From Octopus vulgaris (taxonomy: Eukaryota): DNA of 64,000 bases. The stretch spans positions 88,784,001-88,848,000 of the forward strand of contig OX597819.1 in NCBI GenBank assembly GCA_951406725.2. The letters are read 5' to 3'. The position numbers were made by a program, and so were the translations under genes. Below the pieces are notes generated by a model that saw only the letters and a list, made by a program, of their open reading frames with translations, searched no databases and was not told the DNA's origin. This document shows positions 14,296 through 28,336 of the stretch, piece after piece (positions within the stretch are counted from its first letter, which is position 1; every line of letters begins with the position of its first letter).

Positions 14296-16527
14296 GGTTG
14301 GTGAGCTGGCAGAATCATTAGCATGCTGAACAAAATGCTTAGCTGTATTTTCACTGCCTTTATATAATAAGTTCAAATGCTAGTAAGGATGACATAATTA
14401 GTGTAGAAACTTTTTGTATCATCATGTAGAAATATATACAGTAATCCCTCGATTATCGCGGGTGTTACATACCCCTCCCCCACCTCCTGCGATAGGTGAT
14501 AATCCATGAAGTAGAAACAGTATTGTACTGTATAGTTCAATAATTTGTACATATTTATTTTATAATAAATGCAAAACAACCACAGAGAAATTGACGCAAG
14601 CTTAAATAATAAACTGCAATAGGTGAGCTGCGATATGGTGAGGGATTATAGTATATATATATATATATATATATATATCTGTGTTTGTGTGTGTGTGTTT
14701 ACATCCCTGTGACTTAATGGTTCAAAAATTCTTCATGGCAGTACATCAGCATAGCCACTGATTAAATGACTGAAACAAGTAAAAGATAACTGTAGGACAG
14801 TGGTCCACTATAATAACACTACAACCATTTTTGATCAAATTTTTTTTTTTTAAATAAGCAGAAACAAAGCAAAAACAGTCATAAATGAAAATGAAATTTT
14901 TTACAAATTGTAAGATGTGTTACCCTTTCCCAGGATGGGCCACTATACCACGAGGTTTGTCAACTCCTTTCCATACGATAACTTTTCGATTACTACCATC
15001 TAATTGAGCGACTTCAATTCTAGAAGTACCAGAATCAGCCCAGAACAGTTTATTATGGATCCAGTCTACAGCCAATCCACCTGAAAAAAAATTTTATTCC
15101 TGATTATTTTCAAGTCAAAAAATTTATGGATTCACATCAACTTTAACATTCAATTATTTATTTACACAAGTCAGAAAATTAAAGTGAATAGTCAAAAAAA
15201 TCAGATCTCTGCATCTATATTTTAAAATTATTTAAATTAAAACATTTTATCAAAATTTTGTGCTAAATTACATTCCAATCTCCAACAAAGTTATTTTACT
15301 AAACTCTTCATTATTTTAAAAATTAATTAAAATGAAGATAGTGTATTTCAATAGAAATATAGACCAACTAACTGGCTTCAGTACAGTTTCTTATTTCTTT
15401 ATTGCTCACAAGGGGCTAAACATAGAGGGGACAAACAAGGACAGACAAGGGGATTAAGTCGATTATATTGACCCAAGTGTGTAACTGGTACTTAATTTAT
15501 CGACTCTGAAAGGATGAAAGGCAAAGTCAACCTTGGCAGAATTTGAACTCAGAACGTAAAGACAGACGAAATACCTATTTCTTTATTACCCACAAGGGGC
15601 CAAACACAGAGGGGAGAAACAAGGACAGACATAGGTATTAAGTCGATTATATCGACCCCAGTGCATAACTGGTCCTGAATTTATCGACCCCAAAAGGATG
15701 AAAGGCAGTTGACCTCAGCAGAATTTGAACTCAGAACGTAAAGACAGACAAAATACTGTTTCTGCCAGCTCGCTGCCTTCAGTACAGTTTCTGCTTACCC
15801 AATTTCCCTCAGAAGGATTTGGTCTACCACTGAAGGCTTTGGAAAGAAATACTTTAAGGTACCACACAAAAGGACTGAACCTTAAATTGCATGATAATGA
15901 AGTAAGCTTCTCAGACCCGTGTTTCTTTACTAGCTTGGCGTTTTAAGCCCAAACAATATTTGGGTATGAAATGTCTTGGATAGCCATTTTAGCCTGTCTA
16001 TTTGGCATAGCTGATTCAATGCAATGCTTATTGACATCGTCTATGGGTTCTTCTGTTGCTATGAAAGTTTTGTTTTTATTGTAGTTGACAACTAATTTGT
16101 AATTATAACTACTAAATTATTTGACTGAACTCTGTTGATCTTTCTGCTTCACTTCATGTATCATATGATGGTTGGTGACATTTTGACAAAACAGAGAAAA
16201 AATTTTTTTTCTCCAATGGATTTTCTGTACATCTTAGAACAAAGTAGAACTGACAGTGATTAAAATGTTGGTGTTGTGAGCAGAAAAGCTGGAGTGAGAG
16301 TGAGAGAAAGTAGGGAGGAACATTATGATGTATTAAATGATACTGCTTTCTCCAAATCTCTCTTTTTCTCTCTCTATCCCTGTTTATGTGTGTAAGCATA
16401 TTTTTCTCTATGTGCATCAGGAGAGGGAAAGTGTTTCTGTTAAGAATGCTCAATTAATAAATTGTACTCTTGCTCTCTCTCTCTCCCTTTCATTCCCTCT
16501 TAGTCTCCCTATCTATATGTGTATATT

Positions 16528-16558
<31 letters not shown>

Positions 16559-18752
16559 TTGTCTGCCCCCAGGGCTGAGAACTACTGTTGCTTAGATAGG
16601 TTCAATGTCCAGTCAGCCATACCAAATTGCTAGCATCCAATCATCCACTCCCAGTTGACTCATTCTGACAATATTTACAGCAAGATTTCGGTTTTTATTC
16701 CATATGTTATATATGGTGCACTATTTACCTCAACACCCTATGGTACATTAAAATTCTGTTAATAATGAAAAGGAGAAAAACAATAACAAAGATAAGGGTG
16801 AAAGAAGGAAAATATTTTATTATGGTAACAATAAATAAATATGAATAAAATAAAAAAAGTTTAGACTTGCCTGTATTCTTTAGACCATATTGGACAATAT
16901 CTTGGATATCAGAGCCATTCATGTAAGCTCGTTTAATGACATCAAGTGTGACATCTGACCAAAAGAGCAGCCCCATATCATAGTGGAAGTCAATGGCTAT
17001 AGCATTGTCCAGGTTATTTAGAATGTATGTAAATTCGGCTTTGTCAGGATTTCCTTTCCGGATGTCAATTCGATTAGCAAATATCAAACTCACTTCTCCA
17101 CCTACAGTAGAAAAATACCAAAGTTATTCTTCAGTCATATGACTAACATCAATGATGTACACAATTTTATTTGCTGTGGAAATGGAGTAGAGGGTCATAT
17201 TCTGAGAGAATCCACCTTTATCATGCTTTGCTTTGTTTTCCCTATGTTGTTGTTTAACCCCAGGTCATCCCTGAACAAAGAAACCTATGATCAAATTATT
17301 AATTCTGCCGTTTGCCAGCCTCGTCTGGCACCTGTGCAGGTGGCACATAAAAAGCACCCACTACACTCTCGGAGTGGTTGGCGTTAGGAAGGGCATCCAG
17401 CTGTAGAAACACTGCCAGATCAGACTGGGCCTGGCGCAGCCTTCTGGCTTCCCAGACCCCAGTTGAACCATCCAACCCATGCTAGCATGGAAAGCGGTCG
17501 TTAAACAATGATGATGATGATGATGAAGCATGATTATTCTGTCTCTATCCAAGACTGTCATTCAATGTGTCCTTCCATTTAACTACTATTTCTAGAAAGT
17601 CAAGCAAGTACATAATGTGTTCCTCATTCGGTTTTATTTTTCTTCTTTTATGAGCTATTGAATTTTTATAGTCAAAGGCAGCAGTTAATATTATTCATTC
17701 CTGTATCATTTACTGAACAGAACACTACCATAATAAATGATGACATGCTAGCTAGGCAGGATGTAAAGATATGTCATTTTTAATATCACACTTTACTTTT
17801 GAATATGAAGATGATGTGAAATCAATAAACCAGTCATGGGTATACTGCAGCCCATGAGATCTGAATGTCATGCCAAATGAAAAAAATTACCTTCAATTTC
17901 TTTTTTAGCAGTGAGTTCATCTGATGATAAGCCATGTTTCATGCAACCCACTTCTTGGAGAAAGTTGCCCATGCTGTGATAAGCTAATGAATCATGAGGG
18001 TACTATAATCTAATGAGGGTACTATGATTTAAGATTTCATGCATGAAATGTAATCCTTTAGCATTCACATTATTCTGTCCAATATAATGCTTATTTATTT
18101 GCATTGTTTTGAATTACCCATGCATTATCCCACAGCTTTTAGATTTTAATGATGTGGTTATTTTTAGAATGACATTATAGGGTAGTTGTGAGAGGTTCAA
18201 TATGGCCAGTCCCAGCATAAAACCAGCAGAATATTTGGGCAGGACATGGTCAGTATAAATGATAAAGTTTTAGACCAAATAAATACTTAAGTGTGGAGGC
18301 ACATGGTTTAGTGGTTAGGGAATTGTACTCATGATCATAAGATTGTAGTTTTGATTCCTGTGTTGTGTCCTTGAGCAAAACACTGCATTTCACATTATGC
18401 CAGGAAATGGGATCCTGTCCAGGGAGGAATATATGTGTTAGAGAAACTGAAAAACTAGCACTATGCTCTTTATGGAGTAATGAGGGCTGACGGAATACTG
18501 AAGTTCCTGAAGAAAGATCCTAACAAAGAATGCATGACAGTTATGACAATGGGCTTCTGGATGAAGGAGAGAGTGCAGAAAACCCATGAACACCTAGGAA
18601 AGAACTGTTGGAAAAGAGAAGCAGGGGCAATCGATTGGGAATGTGGAACCAGTTGCAAACCATGGCAATTGACAGAGTAGAAAAAGAAAGAAAGAGAGGG
18701 GGTGAAGGAGGGAGAGAGGGAGGAAGGAAGGAGAAAGAGAGAGGGAAACAGA

Positions 18753-18805
<53 letters not shown>

Positions 18806-21800
18806 TTACATGCAACCAGGCATGAAATAGGAAGAAGAAATACTGAAATTTTTTATTTCTTTCCAAGCTGTAGTGACGAGAAGAGTTGAACTCAGGACAT
18901 TAAGCTAATGGCATCCTCATTAATCAGCATTGATTATAAAAACCACAGAACCTATAAATAATGGGGCCATTTGAAAGTTAAGCATCTCTTCTTTTTAACC
19001 TTTTTAGTCAGCACAGGACAGGCAGTACCAGTGCCCCTTTATATGTGTTGCAATCATTTAGACAATATGCTTGCAACACACTAAACTCTGATAAAAGTAC
19101 AATAGGACGAGAATGGTATTGTTAAACTAGGCAATAGTTAGGGCTAATACCCACAAACTGAGAACATACAGGAGTCATAAGAAATACTGTGAGGTATCTC
19201 ATCTAATCCACAAAGTATCCATCATCCTGGAGACTGGCATTTAATTAACCCCAAAAGGATAAAAGGCAAAGTTGATCTCAGTGGAATTTGACCTCAAAGA
19301 ATCAAAAGAAATACAGCAAGGTATTTTGTTCTTCACTCTTAACTCTTTCGTTACTAACCCAGCTGAAAACCGGCTCTGGCTCTGAGTACGAATGTTTGTT
19401 TCCATAAGTTTTGAATTAAAATCTTCCACCAAACCATAGTCACAATTTATGTTCCTAACACTAGCTTAATGATAACTAAGTTATTTTACTAAATTCTTTG
19501 TTATATTTAAAGTAAATGAAAGAAACACAGAGCATCTCGAAATAAATACAGTGTAACAAAAGGGTTAAGATTTCCACCACAAGAACAGCACATTGTGTGT
19601 AGTAGAAATGAATATAAAACTTAAAACCTTCTGTTTTGTGTGTATGATATACTTATCGGTCCTATGGCAACAGTTCCTATATCATTAACAGTTGTGTTAA
19701 TATTGATTGAAAATTTTGGCACAAGGCCAGCAATTTTGAGGTGGGGATAAATTGATTAAATTGACCCCAGTCTTGTACTGGTGTTCATTTTATCGAGCCA
19801 GAAAGGATGAAAGGCAAAGTCGACATCAGAATTTGAACTCAGAATATAAAGACAGATGAACTGCTGCTAAGCATTTTGCTTGGCATGGTAATCATGTTAA
19901 AAAAAAATAATAGCACAACTGAGAAAGTAACAATAATGAATAGGAAATGGAAAATTTCAACAAAAAGTTAGTCTTTTACTGGTTTCAGTCATTGGATTGC
20001 AGCCAAGCTGAAACAACCACCTACAAAGGGGCAAGTGATGTTTTGGTGCAGCCATTCTGGTGCTGCTGATTTGATGATGACTCATTTGACATCAGACGTT
20101 TAAATATTTCTCTTGTTCTTTACTCCACCCACCTCTCTCACATTTTATGTGTGTGAGTGTATTTCTCTTTATGTGTATGAGGAGAGGGGAAAGTGTTTAC
20201 GTTGATCATGTTCAATTAATGAATTATAAAGTCTCTATCTATCCATTTAGTTATATATCTATCTATCACCACCAGTATATGTATATTTCTGCATGTGCAT
20301 GCATGTGTATCTGAGCCTTTTCCTCCAGTGCTGAAAAGTACACCCACCAAAACAGGTTCAATGTCTAGCTAGCCATGACAAATTGCCAACATCCAAATAA
20401 CAGCAATCAATAGCCATGCTCCACCTTCAAAGTACTTTCACTGAACTCTCTTACATGGTTAAATTTCACAAAATTTATAACAATTTTTTAGGTTTAAGTA
20501 CAATGAAGTATTTACATCAATTAATACTGGTAAACACATATGCATACACACAAAGATCTCTGTGTAATTGCTTATTTCTATATAACAAATTTTACCCTAA
20601 GGCATTGGTAACCTTGAGTCTATGCATGGTTCTGTACTGTAAAATTGAAACTGGAACTATGTGGTTATGTGACGAACTTTTTAATTAGACAATTCTACTT
20701 GTATGTGATTTTTGACACTGATCACTGGACATTAACCCTTTCGTTACCAACCCGGCCAAAACTGGCTCTGGCTCTGTAGTACAAATGTCTTGTTTGCATG
20801 AGTTTTGAATTAAAATCTTCCACCAAACCTTAGTCACAATTTATGTTCCTAACACTAGCTTAACGATAACCAAGTTATTTTACTGAATTCTTTGTTATAT
20901 TTAAAATTAATTGAAAGAAACACAGAGCATCTCAAAATAAATACAGTAACGAAAGGGTTAATAAAATTAGGAATAACTATGGTTTTTGACTTGGTGCATT
21001 ATTTAATTGTTTACCTGTTGCTTTACAGCCTCTTCCATCAGGTTTCAAAATGTAACCAGCAGCGCAACTGCATTTATAAGAACCAGGAATATTCATGCAA
21101 ATCTGGCTGCAAGCGCCAACCATTTCGCATTCATTGAAATCTTAAAAAAAAAAATAAATAAAAAGGAAATAAATAAATGAAAAACAAAACAAAAACATAT
21201 ACATCAGTTCAGGGATAAAGAAACATTAAAGAGTATCTTAAGTAGGTGTTAATCTTCTGAAGCTTAACCCTTTAGCATTCAAATTACTTTATCAAAAGAA
21301 ATGCTTATTGATTCCTGTTGTTTTGAATTAATCATACATGATCTTGTAGCTTTCAGATTTTAGTGATGTGTTTGCTTATTTTTAGAATGATATTGTAGGG
21401 TAGGTGTGAGAAGCTAGACCTAGTCAGTTTGCATGTAAGGCAGGTAGAATATTTTGAGTCGGATTTGATTGGTTTAAATGCTAAAGGGTTAAAATATAAA
21501 TGTGTTGAAATTTTACTTTATAGCCATTTCATTCAACATTCTATTCATTAACCAAGTATAGAATTAATAGTAACAATAAATATTTTTTTCTTATTTAACC
21601 TCAAATATCCTATAGCCTTCAACAGAATTCCTATTAAAACTGAGGATAAACAATTAAAAAATTTACTTTTTTTTTCTTTACTTCACAAATGAAACCTAAT
21701 TTGTATACTAAATTAGGCTCCAATTAATAAAGAAATTGCAAATTCTGGTAATATTTGCATGCGTTGGTGAATGATGGTGAAATTAAAGATATTTGCAATG

Positions 21801-24800
21801 TCTTCTGACTGCTGAATAAGCCTAGTTATTGGTAATTAAACAAATCTCCTATCTTCCATTAGTGATTTATATGGGCTAGTAAATCACTGCTGGAAGTAAA
21901 GACACAAACTGAACAAATCAAAAGTAATTTAGCTTCCGACCAGCAGCCATTAGGTAGTCTATAAACCACGGAGGAATAAAATGTTAAGTCAGGCTTAGCA
22001 CTGTCCAAATCTTACCAGAATTTGTCGTGGGGGAGGCGGCAGTGGTGATGGATGGATATGATGATGATGATGATGACAACAGAGACAATGATACTAATGA
22101 TAACAGAGATGATGATGATGATGGTTATCTTGACAGCAATCATGAGAATAATGATGATAACAATTATGATGATGATAATGGAAGCAATAGTGATGATGAT
22201 GATGATGATGGTAGTGGTTCTGATCCAATAAAATTTGGTCATTTTAGTAATATAATTACTAGGCAACACAATTATCCAATATTTTAGTTGCTACATCATC
22301 AGCAGTTTATACAAGAAGTTATAAAGTGCGTGAGCAGATGGCATACTGTAATAAATTATGAACTTCAAACACCAACAGATTCCCAAATACAGTAGACAAC
22401 AAATATAATTGTTATAGAATGCTTAATATAAATTAATTTCTTTGTTATCTTCCATTAAAATTCCATGATAATTTACGATGCAAACCCCAACTTAATAAAG
22501 ACAAAATTATTTTAATAAATTCTTCATTTTCAAAATTAATTAAAACAAAGGCAGTGTATTTGAACAGAAAATATGATAACATATGCTTAAGTTAAGTAAT
22601 ATCCCATAATCTACTGAGTCAGGAAAGCATTAAGGAAATATTGGATGTATGGCCAAAAGATTCTTAAATTATGAAAAGATTCCCTGGAGGGTTTTTCCCC
22701 CTCTAAACTATAAGACCAAATGAAGAAAATAAAAATTTGTAAATTTTCCTGGATCAGGAAGAGGGTGGTTTCTTCTTTTATTTTAATTTTTTTTTGAGAC
22801 TCATGCTTTTCCCAAAGGCATTAATTAGTAGTAGAATTGAAGTGAAATACTTCCAAATAGAAATCAAAAACAGTATTCACTGTCATAACATACTCATTCA
22901 TAACTATTGTATGTATTCATATATATAATTATATATTGGGTTGGTGCAAAATTATAGCAGCTTTTTTCAACAAATTTTATTCAATGAAAACAATAACAAC
23001 ATTTAACAAAAACCTCTTTAAATGATTATTCTGGAGCATATTCACCATCTACTTCAATTACTGCTCCCCATTTGCTTGGCAGATGGTCAGACCATCATTT
23101 GAAGATGTTTTGTTAAATATTGTTATTGTTTTTATTGAATAAAATTTGTTGAAAAAAGCCACAATAATTATGCACCAACTCAATATATATATAAAACAAA
23201 CGGAGAACAAAAAAAAAATGAATAGAAAAAATTGTGCTTGCATAGCACTGGAAAGGTAGATCTGAATTCTTTTATGTACCTTCACATGTTTTACCATCTC
23301 TCTGTAATATATAACCAAAGTTGCAGCTACAACGAGCTCCTCTTGATGTTTGTAGACACAAGTGACTACAACCTCCTTTATTTTCACGGCAGCTAGGAGG
23401 TAAATCTGTAAAAATAGACGTAAATAATTTTTATTTGCAGAGGAAAAAAAAAATTATGTATACATATAAGCCACACCCACTTCATTTTACCCCAGTGCTC
23501 AACAAATAATTATTTCATCAACCCCCGAAGGATGAAAGACAAAGTAAACTTTGGCAGAATTTGAAATCAAAATAAAGGTCAGATTTGAACTGAGAGTGAA
23601 GGACATATTTGAACTCAGAATGAAGGACAGATTTGAACTCAGAGTGAAGGACAAATGCCACTAAGCATTTCATCCAGCATGCTAATGATTCTACCAGCTC
23701 ACCGCCTTAATAATGATAATAATAATGGTTTCAAATTTTGGCACAAGGCCAGCAAGTTCGGGAGAGGTGATGAGTCAATTACACCCCCCACCATGCTTAA
23801 CTGGTACTTATTTCATCAACTCCAAAAAGACGAAAGGTAAAGTTGTTCTTGGTGGAATTTGAACTCAGAATGTAAAGATCTGCTAAGCCTTTTGCCTAAT
23901 AATAATAATAATGAGAAGAAGAAGACATTAAAAAAAGTTGAGAAATATTAGGATCTAGCCAGAGAGATGAAGAGATTATAGAAAGGATTAGTAGTAGTAG
24001 TAGCCACAACAGTAGCTGGTTGAAGTTTCTTGAATTATAACTTAGGCTAACTCAAGCCTAGAGTTGCAATGCAGTGCGGTCAAATTGAAACTCAGTGTCT
24101 GTGCATATACACACATACACATAATAGTAAAGATTAAAGTAGAATGATTATAGAATGATGAAGGAGGCAAAAGTGAATTGTCGACCACAAGCTCTAAGTT
24201 CCAACATCACTCACAGCATTGCAGCCACCACTTCTACTATCGTCATTACTGATCAGAGATGTGGAGAAGAATATTTAGACACCCTTGATATTACAAAATG
24301 AAGCTGCAGATGGGGTGGAAGGCGAAGAAGTTGAACATGAACTTCTGTGACAGCTGACACTTGGTAAATAGAGGGGTGGTGGTGGTGGAGGAGGAGGAGG
24401 AGAAAGGGGAAGCTCCCTCAAGTGAAAGAAAGACAAGAAAAATAAAAGGCAAATTAAAAAGAAACGAAACATGAGGAGAAATAGTGTTAAGAAGCAAAAG
24501 AATGGATGAGCGAGAAAGAAATGCCTGTAGAGAAACAGGATGGAAATATATAATCAAACATGGTGACTAAGTTGAGAGAAGCCATGATGGTGGTGTAACA
24601 GTAAAAGGTTACGGAAGCGGAACTGGAAGAATTTGGAAGCCGGACGATAAGAACTGATCAGGAAGACTCATTGAACACTTGCTAGCATTAAAGAAAAAAG
24701 AAATTTTTTTTGATTAATTTAAAACATGTTAAATTCTTGCTTTGCTTTGCAATGATGATGATGATGATGAAGATTTTCAGAAAATGGAAAAAAAAAAATC

Positions 24801-25822
24801 TCAAGTTCTAACAAAATAATAAAACCATTGTTTTCGTCATTATCAAATGATCAGCATGAAATCAAAGCAAGGAGATAGTAACACACACAGACATACACAC
24901 ACACACACACGTCTTCCTAGCTGGCATAAAGCCACCCATCTCCACCTTCTCTTCCTAAATACTTCTTCCAAATAAATTGTGGGAGCATTTTCCCTTTCAT
25001 TTTCCTGTTCTTTACTGTCTTGCAAGTCACATGGCAACTGCACTAGTGTGCGGATGGCATGGAAAAAGAAAGTATCCAGTACACTCTGTAAATTGGTTGG
25101 CATTAGGGAGGACATCCAACAGTAAAACACCTTGCCAAAGGTAATACTGGAATTCGACACAGCTCTGCAGCTCAACATTTCCTTGTGAAACTGACCAACA
25201 CATGTGAGTATAGAAAGCGGACATTAAATGAATTATACATACATGCATACATACATACATACATATATATATACACACACACAGATAGATATATATACAC
25301 ACATACAACAAGCTTCTTTCAGTTTCCGTCAACCAAATCCATTCACAGGGCTTTGGTCAACCTGTAACTAAAGTAAAAGACACTTACTTGCTCGAGGTAT
25401 TACACAGTTGGACTGAGTCCAAAACCATGTGGTTAACATGCAAACACAAAAACACACACTATATGTATTTTTCCATTGTGTTGAGTGGCTGTGTGGTAAG
25501 TAGCTTGCTTATCAACCACATGATTCCGGGTTCAGTCCCACTGTATGGCACCTTGGACAAGTGTCTTCTACTATAGTCTCGGGCCAATCAAAGCCTTGTG
25601 AGTGGATTTGGTAGACGGAAACTAAAAGAAGCCCATCATATATATATATGTATGTGTGTGTGTGTGTGTATATGTTTGTGTGTCTGTGTTTGACCCCCCC
25701 AACATCGCTTGACAACCAGTGCTGGTGTGTTTAAGGTCCCTGTAACTTAGTGGTTCGGCAAAAGAGACTGCGAGAATAAGTTCCAGGTTCGGTGGTTATG
25801 TGAATAAGGGGTCCAACATAGG

Positions 25823-25870
<48 letters not shown>

Positions 25871-26291
25871 AAATATATTTGTATTTGTAAATGTACAATT
25901 ATTTTCCTTCTGTTGTATAGCTGAAAGTCATTCATCTGTTGTATGTGTATAATTCTAGCTTTCTTGCTTATGTTTCCATTTTTGTTTACATTCTTACATG
26001 CATTCATTTGCTTTTCCCAGTGGCTTCCTGCTTTTAGCTTAAGTCTCTAGCACTTGCTGGATTCGAGCGGTCTCAGGGATAAAAAAGTAAGAAACTGCAA
26101 GGACTTTCTGGACACTGACTGAAGAGGAATGATTCGTGTATCTTGTTTTTGTCCAGTTATTGCCTATTTTTCTGCATGTTGTGTTTTGCTGGATTTCTGT
26201 TTGTTGTGTTCTTTCTATCCTACTCTTGATTTATCCATGAGGTGTACTGGTGTTTACTTTGTTAAAATATACATACATACATACACACATA

Positions 26292-26322
<31 letters not shown>

Positions 26323-28272
26323 GTCCTTTATGGTCATGACCCCACTTCCTCTCTCAGCCGAAAGGTCTTTGCCTTGCAGGTGTCAGTGCCACGTAAAATG
26401 CACTTGTGTTAATGTCACGTAAATGCACCCATGCTGGTGGCCTGTAAAAATCACCCACCACACTCTGTAAAGTGGTTGGCATTAGGAAGGACATCCAGCA
26501 GAAGAAGCCATGTCAAAACAGACAATTAGAGCCTCTCCAGCTCCTGTCAAACTGTCCAACCCATACCAGCATGGAAAATGAATATCAAACAACAACAATG
26601 ATGATGATGATGATAAATACACACACACATATAGGCACAGGTGTGGCTCTGTGGTTGAGATGCTTATAGCTCAGGAATGTTTGGAAAAGGTGCAAATGTA
26701 AACATTTACACAGACTCATATGGCCACACAGTTATATAAGTACACATGTGTTTATGTTGTGTTAATGTAAATTCCTAATATCATCACACCCCTTCATATC
26801 GTAACTGAAAGAAAATGGAAGTAAATAAACTTTTTTAAGATAGGTGCAGGTGTGGCTGTGTGGTAAGAAGCTTGCGGCAAGTTGGCAGAAACGTTAGCAC
26901 GCTGGGCAAAATGCTTAGCCGTATTTCGTCTGTCTTTACGTTCTGAGTTCAAATTCCACCGAGGCCGACTTTGCCTTTCATCCTTTCAGGGTCGATAAAT
27001 TAAGTACGAATTACTCACTGGGGTCGATGTAATCGACTTAATCTCTTTGTCTGTCCTTGTTTGTCCCATCTGTGTTTGGCTCCTTGTGGGCAATAAAGAA
27101 ATAAGAAGCTTTAAACTAATACATCTGTTTGTTGTCTACACCACCTGTCTTCGTCTTTTGTTTTTTTGTGAATTCTTCCCCTATACCATGGGCTTCTTTC
27201 AGTTTCCCTCTACCAAATCCCCTCACAAAGTTTTGGTCAGCCCGAGACCATAGTAGAAGACACTTGCCCAAGGTACCATGCAGTGGGACTGAACCCAGAC
27301 CCATGTGATTGGGAAGCAAGCTTCTTACCACACAGCCATGCCTGTGCCTATATATATATATTATACAGAAACCTGTCATTACTTAGAGTGCAGTTTTAGT
27401 TCTTGGACTGACTGTAAATTTAATCTGCTCCTCTGTTCCCTATTTAACATTACCATCTGGCCCGCCCTTGGGTGCTTTTAGAAGAGTTTTTTTTCATTCA
27501 TTCTATAGCAAGCATCTGGTCCAGATCTCCCAAAAGATAACTCATGATCTGTAATTGCTTCACCTCTTTCATCTCTCAAAAAAACTGGGAGGTCTTGCAA
27601 AAGATCTTAAAAACTGCCTTTACTCCACTGCCTAATCCAACCCATGGTGTATATATATATGTGTGTGTGTGTCTTTGTGTCTGTCCTCCACCACTGCTTA
27701 ACATCCAGTGTTGGTGTGTTTATGTCCCTATAACCTGGCGGTTCGGCAAAAGAGACCAGTAGAATAAGTACTAGGCATAAGAAAGTCCTGGGATTGATTT
27801 GTTTGATTAAAACCCTTCAAGGTGGTGCCCCAGTATGGCAGCAGTCAAATGACTGAAACAAGATTAAAGATAACAGAAACAAGTTTCAATAATAAAAAAA
27901 TATATATATATACGTACTACAATGCATTTCATCAGAGCCATCTTTACATTCAGAGAGTCCATTGCAAAGTTTATTGGCACCAATACATTTTCCTGATGTA
28001 CACTGGAAGGAATTCTTGCTGCATTTCTCAATACCTGCCAAAAGATTCAAATCTATTTCACGAAATTATAAGTAAATTCATAAATAAAGTAGAATAGTTT
28101 GGATTAAAAAATATACACTTAAATAGTTGAGGCATCGGGTGGGGTTACACACTATTAACTTCAGTAGTTTGAGTCAACAACCCCTTTCTCTACAGACATA
28201 CACACTCACTATCTATTAGTTTACACATACATACATACATATATATATACACATGTATATATACACACACAC

Positions 28273-28336
<64 letters not shown>

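Noticed and set aside
22012-22287. Asp-rich (plus) and Ile-rich (minus) ORFs
   Set aside because: Translations of a (GAT)n tract; no domain, and no place in the LRP4 exon chain, which already joins EGF1 to EGF2.
26085-26135. GAAACTGCAAG and CTGAAGA near each other in a TA-flanked element
   Set aside because: Could not build stems II and III or find a downstream GAAA; possibly a decayed Penelope remnant but unsupported.
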